Assembly (NCBI RefSeq): GCF_036365525.1
Contig: NC_090378.1
Span: 117,537,593-117,601,592 of the forward strand
Reading direction: 5' to 3'
Length of the DNA stretch: 64,000 nt
From: Heterodontus francisci
Taxonomy: Eukaryota
Below the pieces are notes generated by a model. That model was not told the DNA's origin. It was given only the letters and a program-made list of their open reading frames with translations, and made no database searches. A program made the position numbers and the translations under genes. Shown here piece by piece: positions 39,966 to 54,271 of the stretch (position 1 is the first letter of the stretch; every line of letters begins with the position of its first letter).

Positions 39966-40684
39966 ATTTTCTTTTGTTATTTGATCATGGGATATGGGCG
40001 TCACTGGCTAGGCCAGCATTTATTGCCCATCCCTAATTGCCCACTGAAGGCATTTAAGAGTCAACCACATTGCTGTGGGTCTGGAGTCACATGAAGACCA
40101 GACCAGGTAAGGCCTGCAGATTTCCTTCCCTGAAGGACATTAGTGAACCAGATGGGTTTTTACAACAATCGACAATGGTTTCATGGTCACCATTCCACCA
40201 GCTTTTAATTCCAGATTTATTAATTGAATTCAAATTTCACTATCTGCCATGGTGGGATTCAAACACATGTCCCCAGAACGGCACAGTGGCGCAGTGGTTA
40301 GCACCGCAGCCTCACAGCTCCAGCGACCCGGGTTCAATTCTGGGTACTGCCTGTGTGGAGTTTGCAAGTTCTCTCTGTGTCTGCGTGGGTTTCCTCCGGG
40401 TGCTCCGGTTTCCTCAAACATGCCAAAGACTTGCAGATTGATAGGTAAATTGGCCATTAGCAATTGCCCCTAGTATAGGTAGGTGGTAGGGAAATTTGGG
40501 TACAGGTGAGGATGTGGTAGGAATATGGAATTAGTGTAGGATTAGTATAAATGGGTGGTTGATGGTCGGCACAGACTCGGTGGGCCGAAGGGCCTGTTTC
40601 AATGCTGTATCTCTAAAAAAAAAATTAGCCTGGGCCTCTGGATTACTGGTCAAGTGACATTACCACTACACCATCACCTCCCCC
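39966..40684 (-). mobile_element. tRNA-headed SINE inserted in the CR1, itself split by an HE1-like SINE
   Basis: Minus-strand head GGGGAGGTGATGGTGTAGTGGTAATGTCAC...GTTTGAATCCC; the body matches 18578-18722 and the tail matches 13036-13093. Confidence 0.75.
40279..40623 (+). mobile_element. tRNA-derived V-SINE (HE1-like), copy 3
   Basis: Full A/B boxes, central domain, CR1-like tail and an A-tail; homologous to copies 1 and 2. Confidence 0.9.
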
Positions 40685-43028
40685 TACAATCGAGAACTAG
40701 GCTGAATGTAGAAGGCTCAGAGGGGAATTTAAAAGGCAAAGGGAAGAAAAGAGAGAGTATGAAAAGAGACTGGCAGCTAATACAATAGTGGATCTAATAG
40801 TCTTGTATCGGCATGTATATAGTAAAAGAGTGGTAAAAGGAGTAGTGGGGCGATTAGGGACCAAAAAGGGGATTTACACATGGAGGTAGGAGCATGGCTG
40901 AGGTATGAAATGAATACTTTCCATCTGTCTTTATCAAGGGAGAAGATGCTGCACAGGTCATAGTGAAAGAGAAGGTAATTCAGACACCAGATGGGTTTAA
41001 AATTGATAAAGAGGAGTTATTGGATAGGCTGTCTGTACTTAAAGTGGATTAAACACCAGGACTGGATGAGATGCACCCAAGGATACTGAGGGAGTGAGAG
41101 TGGAAATTGCAGAGCCACTGCCATAATTTTACAGTCTTCGTTAAACTCAGGGATGGTGGCAGAGAATTGGAGAATTGTAAATGTGACACCCTTGTTCAAA
41201 AAAAGGGTGTAAAGATAAGCCCAGCAATGTCAAGCCAGTCAGTTTAACCTCAGTGGTGGGGAAACTTCTAGAAAGAATAATTCAGGACAAGATTAATAGT
41301 CACATGGACAAGTGCAAGTTAGTTAAGGAAAGCCAGCAATGATTTGTTCAGGGCAAATCATGTTTAACTAACTTGTTGGAGTTTTTGATCAGGTAACAGA
41401 GAGAGTTGATGAGGGCAATGTTGTTGCTGTTGATGTTGTGTACATGGACTTTCAAAAGGTGTTTGACACAGTGCCACACAACAGACTGGTGAGCAAAGTT
41501 ATAGCTCATGGAATAAAAGGGACAGAAGCAACATGGATACAAAATTGGCTGAGTGACAGGAAAAAGAGAGTAGTTAATGGATATTTTTCAGGCTGGAGGA
41601 AGATTTGTAGTGGAGTTCCTCAGGGATCAGTGTTGGGATCCTTGCTTTTCCTAATATATATTAATGACCTAAACCTTGGTGTGCAGGGCACAATTTCAAA
41701 ATTTGCAGAAGATACAAAACTTGGAAGTATTGTGAACTGTGAGGAAGACAGTGTAGAACTTCAAAAGGATACAGACAGGTTGGTGGAATGGGCTGACAAG
41801 TGGCAGATGAAATTTAAATGCAGAGAAGTGTGATGTGGTAGAGAGAATGCGGAGAGACAATATAAAATAAAGGGTATAATTCTAAAGGAGGTACAGGAGC
41901 AGAGGGACCTAAGTGTATATGTGCGGAAGTCATTGAAGGTGGCAGGACAGGTTGAGAGAGAGGTTAATAAAGCATACAGTATCCTGGGCTTTATTAATAG
42001 GGGCACAGAGTACAAGAGCAAGGAGGTTATGTTAAACTTGTATAAAACACTAGTTCAGCCTCAACTGGAGGACTGTGTCCAGTTCTGGGTGCCACAATTT
42101 AGGAAGGAAGTGAAGGCATTAGAGAGGGTGCAGAAAGGATTCACAAGAATCGGTCCAGGGATAGTTATGTGGATAAATTGGAGAAGCTGGGACTGTTTCC
42201 TTGGAGATGAGAAGGTTGAGAGGGGATTTGATAGGGGTATTCAAAATCATTAGGGCTCTGGACAGAGTAGATAGGGAGAAACTATTACCATTGGTGGAAG
42301 GATCGAGAACCAGAGGGCACAGATGTAAGGTAATTGGCAAAAGATGCAATGGTGACATGAGGAGAAACTTTTTCACACAGCGAGTAGTTCGGATCTGGAA
42401 GACACTGCCTGAGAGTGTGGTGGAGGCAGGTTCAATTGATGCATTCAAAAGGGAATTGGATTATTCTCCTAAAAGGAAGGATATGCAGGATGACGGGGAG
42501 AAGGTGCCGGAGTGTCACGAGGTGAATTGCTCTTTCAGAGATCCAGCACAGAAATGATGGCCTGAATGGCCTTCTTCTGTGCTGTAACCATTCTATAATT
42601 CTATCATTGTTTTTCAAAGTCTGTATTTGTCTCTCATTGCCTGCGTGTCTCCCGTTGTGTGTGTGTGGATGTGTCTCTTTCCTTCTGTCTCTCAATGTCT
42701 GCGTGCATGTCTCTGTGCCTCTACGCATATCTCCCTGTCCCTCTCCCACCTTCTCTCACTCATTCTGTCTCTCCCTTGGTCTGTATCTCTCTCACACTCT
42801 GCCTCTCACTGTTTCTGTGTCTCGCTGTGTCTAAGCTGCATGCAGCAGTGCTCGGGAGAGTTGGAATCCCAATTCGATGAAAACATTTTCAGCATCTCTT
42901 CATAAGTGCACATGGAGTGTTCGAGGAACAACTTAAGCCTTCAATGAGCAGTGGGCACCACAGGGGCAGGGGGGTGTAGTGGACAGTGAACATAATGTCA
43001 TGGTTTAATTTGATCAGTTTACGTTCTT

Positions 43029-46000
43029 CATTAATTATATTACATATATAACTGTGAGATGTGTCAGTACAGGAGGTGGGACTGTGTGTCCATTATTATA
43101 TATTATATATAACTGTGGGATGTGTCAGTGCCGGAGGTGGGACTGTGTGTCCATTATTATATATTATATATAACTGTGGGATGTGTCAGTGCCGGAGGTG
43201 GGACTGTGTGTCCATTATTATATATTATATATAACTGTGGGATGTGTCAGTGCAGGAGGTGGGACTGTGTGTCCATTATTATATATTATATATAACTGTG
43301 GGATGTGTCAGTGCCGGAGGTGGGACTGTGTGTCCATTATTATATATTATATATAACTGTGGGATGTGTCAGTGCAGGAGGTGGGACTGTGTGTCCATTA
43401 TTATATATTATATATAACTGTGGGATGTGTCAGTTCAGGAGGTGGGACCGTGTGTCCATTATTATATATTATATATAACTGTGGGATGTGTCAGTGCAGG
43501 AGGTGGGACTGTGTGTCCATTATTATATATTATATATAACTGTGGGATGTGTCAGTCCAGGAGGTGGGACTGTGTGTCCATTATTATATATTATTTATAA
43601 CTGTGGGATGTGTCAGTCCAGGAGGTGGGACTGTGTGTCCATTATTATATATCATATACAACTGTGGGATGTGTCAGTCCAGGAGGTGGGACTGTGTGTC
43701 CATTATTATATATTATATATAACTGTGGGATGTGTCAGTCCAGGAGGTGGGACTGTGTGTCCATTATTATATATTATTTATAACTGTGGGATGTGTCAGT
43801 CCAGGAGGTGGGACTGTGTGTCCATTATTATATATTATATATAACTGTGGGATGTGTCAGTCCAGGAGGTGGGGCTGTGTGTCCATTATTATATATTATA
43901 TATAACAGTGGGATGTGTCAGTCCAGGAGGTGGGACTGTGTGTCCATTATTATATATTATATATAACTGTGGGATGTGTCAGTCCAGGAGGTGGGACTGT
44001 GTGTTCATTATTATATATTATATATAACTGTGGGATGTGTCAGTCCAGGAGGTGGGACTGTGTGTCCATTATTATATATTATATATAACTGTGGGATGTG
44101 TCAGTATGCAGGAGGTGGGACTGTGTGTCCATTATTATATATTATATATAGCTGTGGGATGTGTCAGTACAGGAGGTGAGACTGTGTGTCCATTATTATA
44201 TATTATATATAACTGTGGGATGTGTCAGTATACAGGAGGTGGGACTGTGTGTCCATTATTATATATTATATATAGCTGTGGGATGTGTCAGTACAGGAGG
44301 TGAGACTGTGTGTCCATTATTATATATTATATATAACTGTGGGATGTGTCAGTGCAGGAGGTGGGACTGTGTGTCCATTATTATATATTATATATAACTG
44401 TGGGATGTGTCAGTCCAGGAGGTGGGACTGTGTGTCCATTATTATATATTATTTATAACTGTGGGATGTGTCAGTCCAGGAGGTGGGACTGTGTGTCCAT
44501 TATTATATATCATATACAACTGTGGGATGTGTCAGTCCAGGAGGTGGGACTGTGTGTCCATTATTATATATTATATATAACAGTGGGATGTGTCAGTCCA
44601 GGAGGTGGGGCTGTGTGTCCATTATTATATATTATATATAACAGTGGGATGTGTCAGTCCAGGAGGTGGGACTGTGTGTCCATTATTATATATTATATAT
44701 AACTGTGGGATGTGTCAGTCCAGGAGGTGGGGCTGTGTGTCCATTATTATATATTATATATAACAGTGGGATGTGTCAGTCCAGGAGGTGGGGCTGTGTG
44801 TCCATTATTATATATTATATATAACAGTGGGATGTGTCAGTCCAGGAGGTGGGACTGTGTGTCCATTATTATATATTATATATAACTGTGGGATGTGTCA
44901 GTATGCAGGAGGTGGGACTGTGTGTCCATTATTATATATTATAGATAGCTGTGGGATGTGTCAGTACAGGAGGTGAGACTGTGTGTCCATTATTATATAT
45001 TATATATAACTGTGGGATGTGTCAGTCCAGGAGGTGGGACTGTGTGTCCATTATTATATATTATATATAACTGTGGGATGTGTCAGTATGCAGGAGGTGG
45101 GACTGTGTGTCCATTATTATATATTATAGATAGCTGTGGGATGTGTCAGTACAGGAGGTGAGACTGTGTGTCCATTATTATATATTATATATAACTGTGG
45201 GATGTGTCAGTATACAGGAGGTGGGACTGTGTGTCCATTATTATATATTATATATAGCTGTGGGATGTGTCAGTACAGGAGGTGAGACTGTGTGTCCATT
45301 ATTATGTATTATATATAACTGTGGGATGTGTCAGTCCAGAAGGTGAGACTGTGTGTCCATTATTATATATTATATATAACTGTGGGATGTGTCAGTGCAG
45401 GAGGTGGGACCGTGTGTCCATTATTATATATTATATATAACTGTGGGATGTGTCAGTCCAGGAGGTGGGACTGTGTGTCCATTATTTTATATTGTATATA
45501 ACTGTGGGACGTGTCAGTACAGGAGGTGGGACTGTGTGTCCATTATTATATATTATATATAAATGTGGGATGTGTCAGTCCAGGAGGTGGGACTGTGTGT
45601 CCATTATTATGTATTATATATAACTGTGGGATGTGTCAGTATACAGGAGGTAGGACTGTGTGTCCACTATTATATATTATATATAGCTGTGGGATGTGTC
45701 AGTACAGGAGGTGAGACTGTGTTTCCATTATTATGTATTATATATAACTGTGGGATGTGTCAGTCCAGAAGGTGAGACTGTGTGTCCATTATTATATATT
45801 ATATATAACTGTGGGATGTGTCAGTGCAGGAGGTGGGACCGTGTGTCCATTATTATATATTATATATAACTGTGGGATGTGTCAGTCCAGGAGGTGGGAC
45901 AGTGTGTCCATTATTATATATTGTATATAACTGTGGGACGTGTCAGTACAGGAGGTGGGACTGTGTGTCCATTATTATATATTATATATAACTGTGGGAT

Positions 46001-49000
46001 GTGTCAGTACAGGAGGTGGGACTGTGTGTCCATTATTATAAATGATATATAACTGTGGAATGTGTCAGTACAGGAGGTGGGACTGTGTGTCCATTATTAT
46101 ACATTATATATAACTGTGGGACGTGTCAGTACAGGAGCTGGGACTGTGTGTCCATTATTATATATTATATATAACTGTGGGACGTGTCAGTACAGGAGGT
46201 GGGACTGTGTGTCCATTATTATATATTATATATAACTGTGGGACGTGTCAGTACAGGAGGTGGGACTGTGTGTCCATTATTATATTATATAACTGTGGGA
46301 CGTGTCAGTACAGGAGGTGGGACTGTGTTTCCATTATTATATATTATATATAACTGTGGGATGTGTCAGTACAGGAGGTGGGATCCTGTGTTCATTATTA
46401 TATATTATATATAACTGTGGGATGTGTCAGTGAGGGAGGTGGGACTGTGTGTCCATTATTATATATTATATATAACTGTGGGACATGTCAGGACAGGAGG
46501 TGGGACTGTGTTTCCATTATTATATATTATATATCACTGTGGGATGTGTCAGTACAGGAGGTGGGATCCTGTGTTCATTATTATATATTATATATAACTG
46601 TGGGATGTGTCAGTGAGGGAGGTGGGACTGTGTGTCCATTATGATATATTATATATAACTGTGGGATGTGTCAGTTCGGGAGGTGGGACTGTGTGTCCAT
46701 TATTATATATTATATATAACTGTGGGATGTGTCAGTTCGGGAGGTGGGACTGTGTGTCCATTGTTATATATTATATATAACTGTGGGATGTGTCAGTGCA
46801 GGAGGTGGGACTGTGTGTCCATTATTATATATTATATATAACTGTGGGATGTGTCAGTACAGGAGGTGGGACTGTGTGTCCATTATTATATATTATATAT
46901 AACTGTGGGATGTGTCAGTCCAGGAGGTGGGACTGTGTGTCCATTATTATATATTATATATCACTGTGGGATGTGTCAGTGCAGGAGGTGGGACTGTGTG
47001 TCCATTATTATATATTATATATAACTGTGGGATGTGTCAGTACAGGAGGTGGGACTGTGTGTCCATTATTATATATTATATATAACTGTGGGATGTGTCA
47101 GTCCAGGAGGTGGGACTGTGTGTCCATTATTATATATTATATATCACTGTGGGATGTGTCAGTGCAGGAGGTGGGACTGTGTGTCCATTATTATATATTA
47201 TATATAACTGTGGGATGTGTCAGTGCAGGAGGTGGGACTGTGTGTCCATTATTATATATTATATATAACTGTGGGATGTGTCAGTACAGGAGGTGGGACT
47301 GTGTGTCCATTATTATATATTATATATAACTGTGGGATGTGTCAGTACAGGAGGTGGGACTGTGTGTCCATTATTATATATTATATATAACTGTGGAATG
47401 TGTCAGTACAGGAGGTGGGACTGTGTGTCCATTATTATATATTATATATAACTGTGGGATGTGTCAGTACAGGAGGTGGGACTGTGTGTCCATTATTATA
47501 TATTATATATAACTGTGGAATGTGTCAGTACAGGAGGTGGGACTGTGTGTCCATTATTATATATTATATATAACTGTGGGATGTGTCAGTACAGGAGGTG
47601 GGACTGTGTGTCCATTATTATATATTATATATAACTGTGGGATGTGTCAGTACAGGAGGTGGGACTGTGTGTCCATTATTATATATTATATATAACTGTG
47701 GGATGTGTCAGTACAGGAGGTGGGACTGTGTGTCCATTATTATATATTATATATAACTGTGGGATGTGTCAGTACAGGAGGTGGGACTGTGTGTCCATTA
47801 TTATATATTATATATAACTGTGGGATGTGTCAGTCCAGGAGGTGGGACTGTGTGTCCATTATTATATATTATATATAACTGTGGGATGTGTCAGTATGCA
47901 GGAGGTGGGACTGTGTGTCCATTATTATATATTATATATAGCTGTGGGATGTGTCAGTACAGGAGGTGAGACTGTGTGTCCATTATTATATATTATATAT
48001 AACTGTGGGATGTGTCAGTATACAGGAGGTGGGACTGTGTGTCCATTATTATATATTATATATAGCTGTGGGATGTGTCAGTACAGGAGGTGAGACTGTG
48101 TGTCCATTATTATATATTATATATAACTGTGGGATGTGTCAGTGCAGGAGGTGGGACTGTGTGTCCATTATTATATATTATATATAACTGTGGGATGTGT
48201 CAGTCCAGGAGGTGGGACTGTGTGTCCATTATTATATATTATTTATAACTGTGGGATGTGTCAGTCCAGGAGGTGGGACTGTGTGTCCATTATTATATAT
48301 CATATACAACTGTGGGATGTGTCAGTCCAGGAGGTGGGACTGTGTGTCCATTATTATATATTATATATAACAGTGGGATGTGTCAGTCCAGGAGGTGGGG
48401 CTGTGTGTCCATTATTATATATCATATACAACTGTGGGATGTGTCAGTCCAGGAGGTGGGGCTGTGTGTCCATTATTATATATTATATATAACTGTGGGA
48501 TGTGTCAGTCCAGGAGGTGGGGCTGTGTGTCCATTATTATATATTATATATAACTGTGGGATGTGTCAGTCCAGGAGGTGGGGCTGTGTGTCCATTATTA
48601 TATATTATATATAACAGTGGGATGTGTCAGTCCAGGAGGTGGGACTGTGTGTCCATTATTATATATTATATATAACTGTGGGATGTGTCAGTATGCAGGA
48701 GGTGGGACTGTGTGTCCATTATTATATATTATAGATAGCTGTGGGATGTGTCAGTACAGGAGGTGAGACTGTGTGTCCATTATTATATATTATATATAAC
48801 TGTGGGATGTGTCAGTCCAGGAGGTGGGACTGTGTGTCCATTATTATATATTATATATAACTGTGGGATGTGTCAGTATGCAGGAGGTGGGACTGTGTGT
48901 CCATTATTATATATTATAGATAGCTGTGGGATGTGTCAGTACAGGAGGTGAGACTGTGTGTCCATTATTATATATTATATATAACTGTGGGATGTGTCAG

Positions 49001-52000
49001 TATACAGGAGGTGGGACTGTGTGTCCATTATTATATATTATATATAGCTGTGGGATGTGTCAGTACAGGAGGTGAGACTGTGTGTCCATTATTATGTATT
49101 ATATATAACTGTGGGATGTGTCAGTCCAGAAGGTGAGACTGTGTGTCCATTATTATATATTATATATAACTGTGGGATGTGTCAGTGCAGGAGGTGGGAC
49201 CGTGTGTCCATTATTATATATTATATATAACTGTGGGATGTGTCAGTCCAGGAGGTGGGACTGTGTGTCCATTATTTTATATTGTATATAACTGTGGGAC
49301 GTGTCAGTACAGGAGGTGGGACTGTGTGTCCATTATTATATATTATATATAAATGTGGGATGTGTCAGTCCAGGAGGTGGGACTGTGTGTCCATTATTAT
49401 GTATTATATATAACTGTGGGATGTGTCAGTATACAGGAGGTAGGACTGTGTGTCCACTATTATATATTATATATAGCTGTGGGATGTGTCAGTACAGGAG
49501 GTGAGACTGTGTTTCCATTATTATGTATTATATATAACTGTGGGATGTGTCAGTCCAGAAGGTGAGACTGTGTGTCCATTATTATATATTATATATAACT
49601 GTGGGATGTGTCAGTGCAGGAGGTGGGACCGTGTGTCCATTATTATATATTATATATAACTGTGGGATGTGTCAGTCCAGGAGGTGGGACAGTGTGTCCA
49701 TTATTATATATTGTATATAACTGTGGGACGTGTCAGTACAGGAGGTGGGACTGTGTGTCCATTATTATATATTATATATAACTGTGGGATGTGTCAGTAC
49801 AGGAGGTGGGACTGTGTGTCCATTATTATAAATGATATATAACTGTGGAATGTGTCAGTACAGGAGGTGGGACTGTGTGTCCATTATTATACATTATATA
49901 TAACTGTGGGACGTGTCAGTACAGGAGCTGGGACTGTGTGTCCATTATTATATATTATATATAACTGTGGGACGTGTCAGTACAGGAGGTGGGACTGTGT
50001 GTCCATTATTATATATTATATATAACTGTGGGACGTGTCAGTACAGGAGGTGGGATTGTGTGTCCATTATTATATTATATAACTGTGGGACGTGTCAGTA
50101 CAGGAGGTGGGACTGTGTTTCCATTATTATATATTATATATAACTGTGGGATGTGTCAGTACAGGAGGTGGGATCCTGTGTTCATTATTATATATTATAT
50201 ATAACTGTGGGATGTGTCAGTGAGGGAGGTGGGACTGTGTGTCCATTATTATATATTATATATAACTGTGGGACATGTCAGGACAGGAGGTGGGACTGTG
50301 TTTCCATTATTATATATTATATATCACTGTGGGATGTGTCAGTACAGGAGGTGGGATCCTGTGTTCATTATTATATATTATATATAACTGTGGGATGTGT
50401 CAGTGAGGGAGGTGGGACTGTGTGTCCATTATGATATATTATATATAACTGTGGGATGTGTCAGTTCGGGAGGTGGGACTGTGTGTCCATTATTATATAT
50501 TATATATAACTGTGGGATGTGTCAGTTCGGGAGGTGGGACTGTGTGTCCATTGTTATATATTATATATAACTGTGGGATGTGTCAGTGCAGGAGGTGGGA
50601 CTGTGTGTCCATTATTATATATTATATATAACTGTGGGATGTGTCAGTACAGGAGGTGGGACTGTGTGTCCATTATTATATATTATATATAACTGTGGGA
50701 TGTGTCAGTCCAGGAGGTGGGACTGTGTGTCCATTATTATATATTATATATCACTGTGGGATGTGTCAGTGCAGGAGGTGGGACTGTGTGTCCATTATTA
50801 TATATTATATATAACTGTGGGATGTGTCAGTACAGGAGGTGGGACTGTGTGTCCATTATTATATATTATATATAACTGTGGGATGTGTCAGTCCAGGAGG
50901 TGGGACTGTGTGTCCATTATTATATATTATATATCACTGTGGGATGTGTCAGTGCAGGAGGTGGGACTGTGTGTCCATTATTATATATTATATATAACTG
51001 TGGGATGTGTCAGTGCAGGAGGTGGGACTGTGTGTCCATTATTATATATTATATATAACTGTGGGATGTGTCAGTACAGGAGGTGGGACTGTGTGTCCAT
51101 TATTATATATTATATATAACTGTGGGATGTGTCAGTACAGGAGGTGGGACTGTGTGTCCATTATTATATATTATATATAACTGTGGAATGTGTCAGTACA
51201 GGAGGTGGGACTGTGTGTCCATTATTATATATTATATATAACTGTGGGATGTGTCAGTACAGGAGGTGGGACTGTGTGTCCATTATTATATATTATATAT
51301 AACTGTGGAATGTGTCAGTACAGGAGGTGGGACTGTGTGTCCATTATTATATATTATATATAACTGTGGGATGTGTCAGTACAGGAGGTGGGACTGTGTG
51401 TCCATTATTATATATTATATATAACTGTGGGATGTGTCAGTACAGGAGGTGGGACTGTGTGTCCATTATTATATATTATATATAACTGTGGGATGTGTCA
51501 GTACAGGAGGTGGGACTGTGTGTCCATTATTATATATTATATATAACTGTGGGATGTGTCAGTACAGGAGGTGGGACTGTGTGTCCATTATTATATATTA
51601 TATATAACTGTGGGATGTGTCAGTACAGGAGGTGGGACTGTGTGTCCATTATTATATATTATATATAACTGTGGAATGTGTCAGTACAGGAGGTGGGACT
51701 GTGTGTCCATTATTATATATTATATATAACTGTGGGATGTGTCAGTACAGGAGGTGGGACTGTGTGTCCATTATTTTATATTGTATATAACTGTGGGACG
51801 TGTCAGTACAGGAGGTGGGACTGTGTGTCCATTATTATATATTATATATAAATGTGGGATGTGTCAGTCCAGGAGGTGGGACTGTGTGTCCATTATTATG
51901 TATTATATATAACTGTGGGATGTGTCAGTATACAGGAGGTAGGACTGTGTGTCCACTATTATATATTATATATAGCTGTGGGATGTGTCAGTACAGGAGG

Positions 52001-54266
52001 TGAGACTGTGTTTCCATTATTATGTATTATATATAACTGTGGGATGTGTCAGTCCAGAAGGTGAGACTGTGTGTCCATTATTATATATTATATATAACTG
52101 TGGGATGTGTCAGTGCAGGAGGTGGGACCGTGTGTCCATTATTATATATTATATATAACTGTGGGATGTGTCAGTCCAGGAGGTGGGACAGTGTGTCCAT
52201 TATTATATATTGTATATAACTGTGGGACGTGTCAGTACAGGAGGTGGGACTGTGTGTCCATTATTATATATTATATATAACTGTGGGATGTGTCAGTACA
52301 GGAGGTGGGACTGTGTGTCCATTATTATAAATGATATATAACTGTGGAATGTGTCAGTACAGGAGGTGGGACTGTGTGTCCATTATTATACATTATATAT
52401 AACTGTGGGACGTGTCAGTACAGGAGCTGGGACTGTGTGTCCATTATTATATATTATATATAACTGTGGGACGTGTCAGTACAGGAGGTGGGACTGTGTG
52501 TCCATTATTATATATTATATATAACTGTGGGACGTGTCAGTACAGGAGGTGGGACTGTGTGTCCATTATTATATTATATAACTGTGGGACGTGTCAGTAC
52601 AGGAGGTGGGACTGTGTTTCCATTATTATATATTATATATAACTGTGGGATGTGTCAGTACAGGAGGTGGGATCCTGTGTTCATTATTATATATTATATA
52701 TAACTGTGGGATGTGTCAGTGAGGGAGGTGGGACTGTGTGTCCATTATTATATATTATATATAACTGTGGGACATGTCAGGACAGGAGGTGGGACTGTGT
52801 TTCCATTATTATATATTATATATCACTGTGGGATGTGTCAGTACAGGAGGTGGGATCCTGTGTTCATTATTATATATTATATATAACTGTGGGATGTGTC
52901 AGTGAGGGAGGTGGGACTGTGTGTCCATTATGATATATTATATATAACTGTGGGATGTGTCAGTTCGGGAGGTGGGACTGTGTGTCCATTATTATATATT
53001 ATATATAACTGTGGGATGTGTCAGTACAGGAGGTGGGACTGTGTGTCCATTATTATATATTATATATAACTGTGGGATGTGTCAGTCCAGGAGGTGGGAC
53101 TGTGTGTCCATTATTATATATTATATATCACTGTGGGATGTGTCAGTGCAGGAGGTGGGACTGTGTGTCCATTATTATATATTATATATAACTGTGGGAT
53201 GTGTCAGTACAGGAGGTGGGACTGTGTGTCCATTATTATATATTATATATAACTGTGGGATGTGTCAGTCCAGGAGGTGGGACTGTGTGTCCATTATTAT
53301 ATATTATATATCACTGTGGGATGTGTCAGTGCAGGAGGTGGGACTGTGTGTCCATTATTATATATTATATATAACTGTGGGATGTGTCAGTGCAGGAGGT
53401 GGGACTGTGTGTCCATTATTATATATTATATATAACTGTGGGATGTGTCAGTACAGGAGGTGGGACTGTGTGTCCATTATTATATATTATATATAACTGT
53501 GGGATGTGTCAGTACAGGAGGTGGGACTGTGTGTCCATTATTATATATTATATATAACTGTGGAATGTGTCAGTACAGGAGGTGGGACTGTGTGTCCATT
53601 ATTATATATTATATATAACTGTGGGATGTGTCAGTACAGGAGGTGGGACTGTGTGTCCATTATTATATATTATATATAACTGTGGAATGTGTCAGTACAG
53701 GAGGTGGGACTGTGTGTCCATTATTATATATTATATATAACTGTGGGATGTGTCAGTACAGGAGGTGGGACTGTGTGTCCATTATTATATATTATATATA
53801 ACTGTGGGATGTGTCAGTACAGGAGGTGGGACTGTGTGTCCATTATTATATATTATATATAACTGTGGGATGTGTCAGTACAGGAGGTGGGACTGTGTGT
53901 CCATTATTATATATTATATATAACTGTGGGATGTGTCAGTACAGGAGGTGGGACTGTGTGTCCATTATTATATATTATATATAACTGTGGGATGTGTCAG
54001 TACAGGAGGTGGGACTGTGTGTCCATTATTATATATTATATATAACTGTGGAATGTGTCAGTACAGGAGGTGGGACTGTGTGTCCATTATTATATATTAT
54101 ATATAACTGTGGGATGTGTCAGTACAGGAGGTGGGACTGTGTGTCCATTATTATATATTATATATAACTGTGGGATGTGTCAGTACAGGAGGTGGGACTG
54201 TGTGTCCATTATTATATATTATATATAACTGTGGGATGTGTCAGTACAGGCTTTGGGACTGTGTGT
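43029..54266. repeat. 61-bp satellite array (~184 units) in the V-J interval
   Basis: Unit ATAACTGTGGGATGTGTCAGTACAGGAGGTGGGACTGTGTGTCCATTATTATATATTATAT; a 3790-bp higher-order duplication is visible in the ORF track. Confidence 0.97.
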
Positions 54267-54271
54267 ATTGA

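Larger units (their letters stand above)
39758..42605 (+). mobile_element. 5'-truncated CR1 LINE between V and J
   Basis: YMDFQKVFDTVPH, GVPQGSVLG...YINDL...FAED, LVQPQLEDCVQFW and FFTQRVVRIWKTLP; 3' tail GTGCTGTAACCATTCTATAATTCTAT. Confidence 0.93.

Noticed and set aside
38872-40036. Cys/Val/Leu-rich ORFs spanning the N gap
   Set aside because: Translations of CT/GT microsatellite and Ns.
43029-54266. CRISPR-like array or many short ORFs
   Set aside because: Head-to-tail repeats with no unique spacers, no cas genes and vertebrate context; the ORFs are repeat translations.
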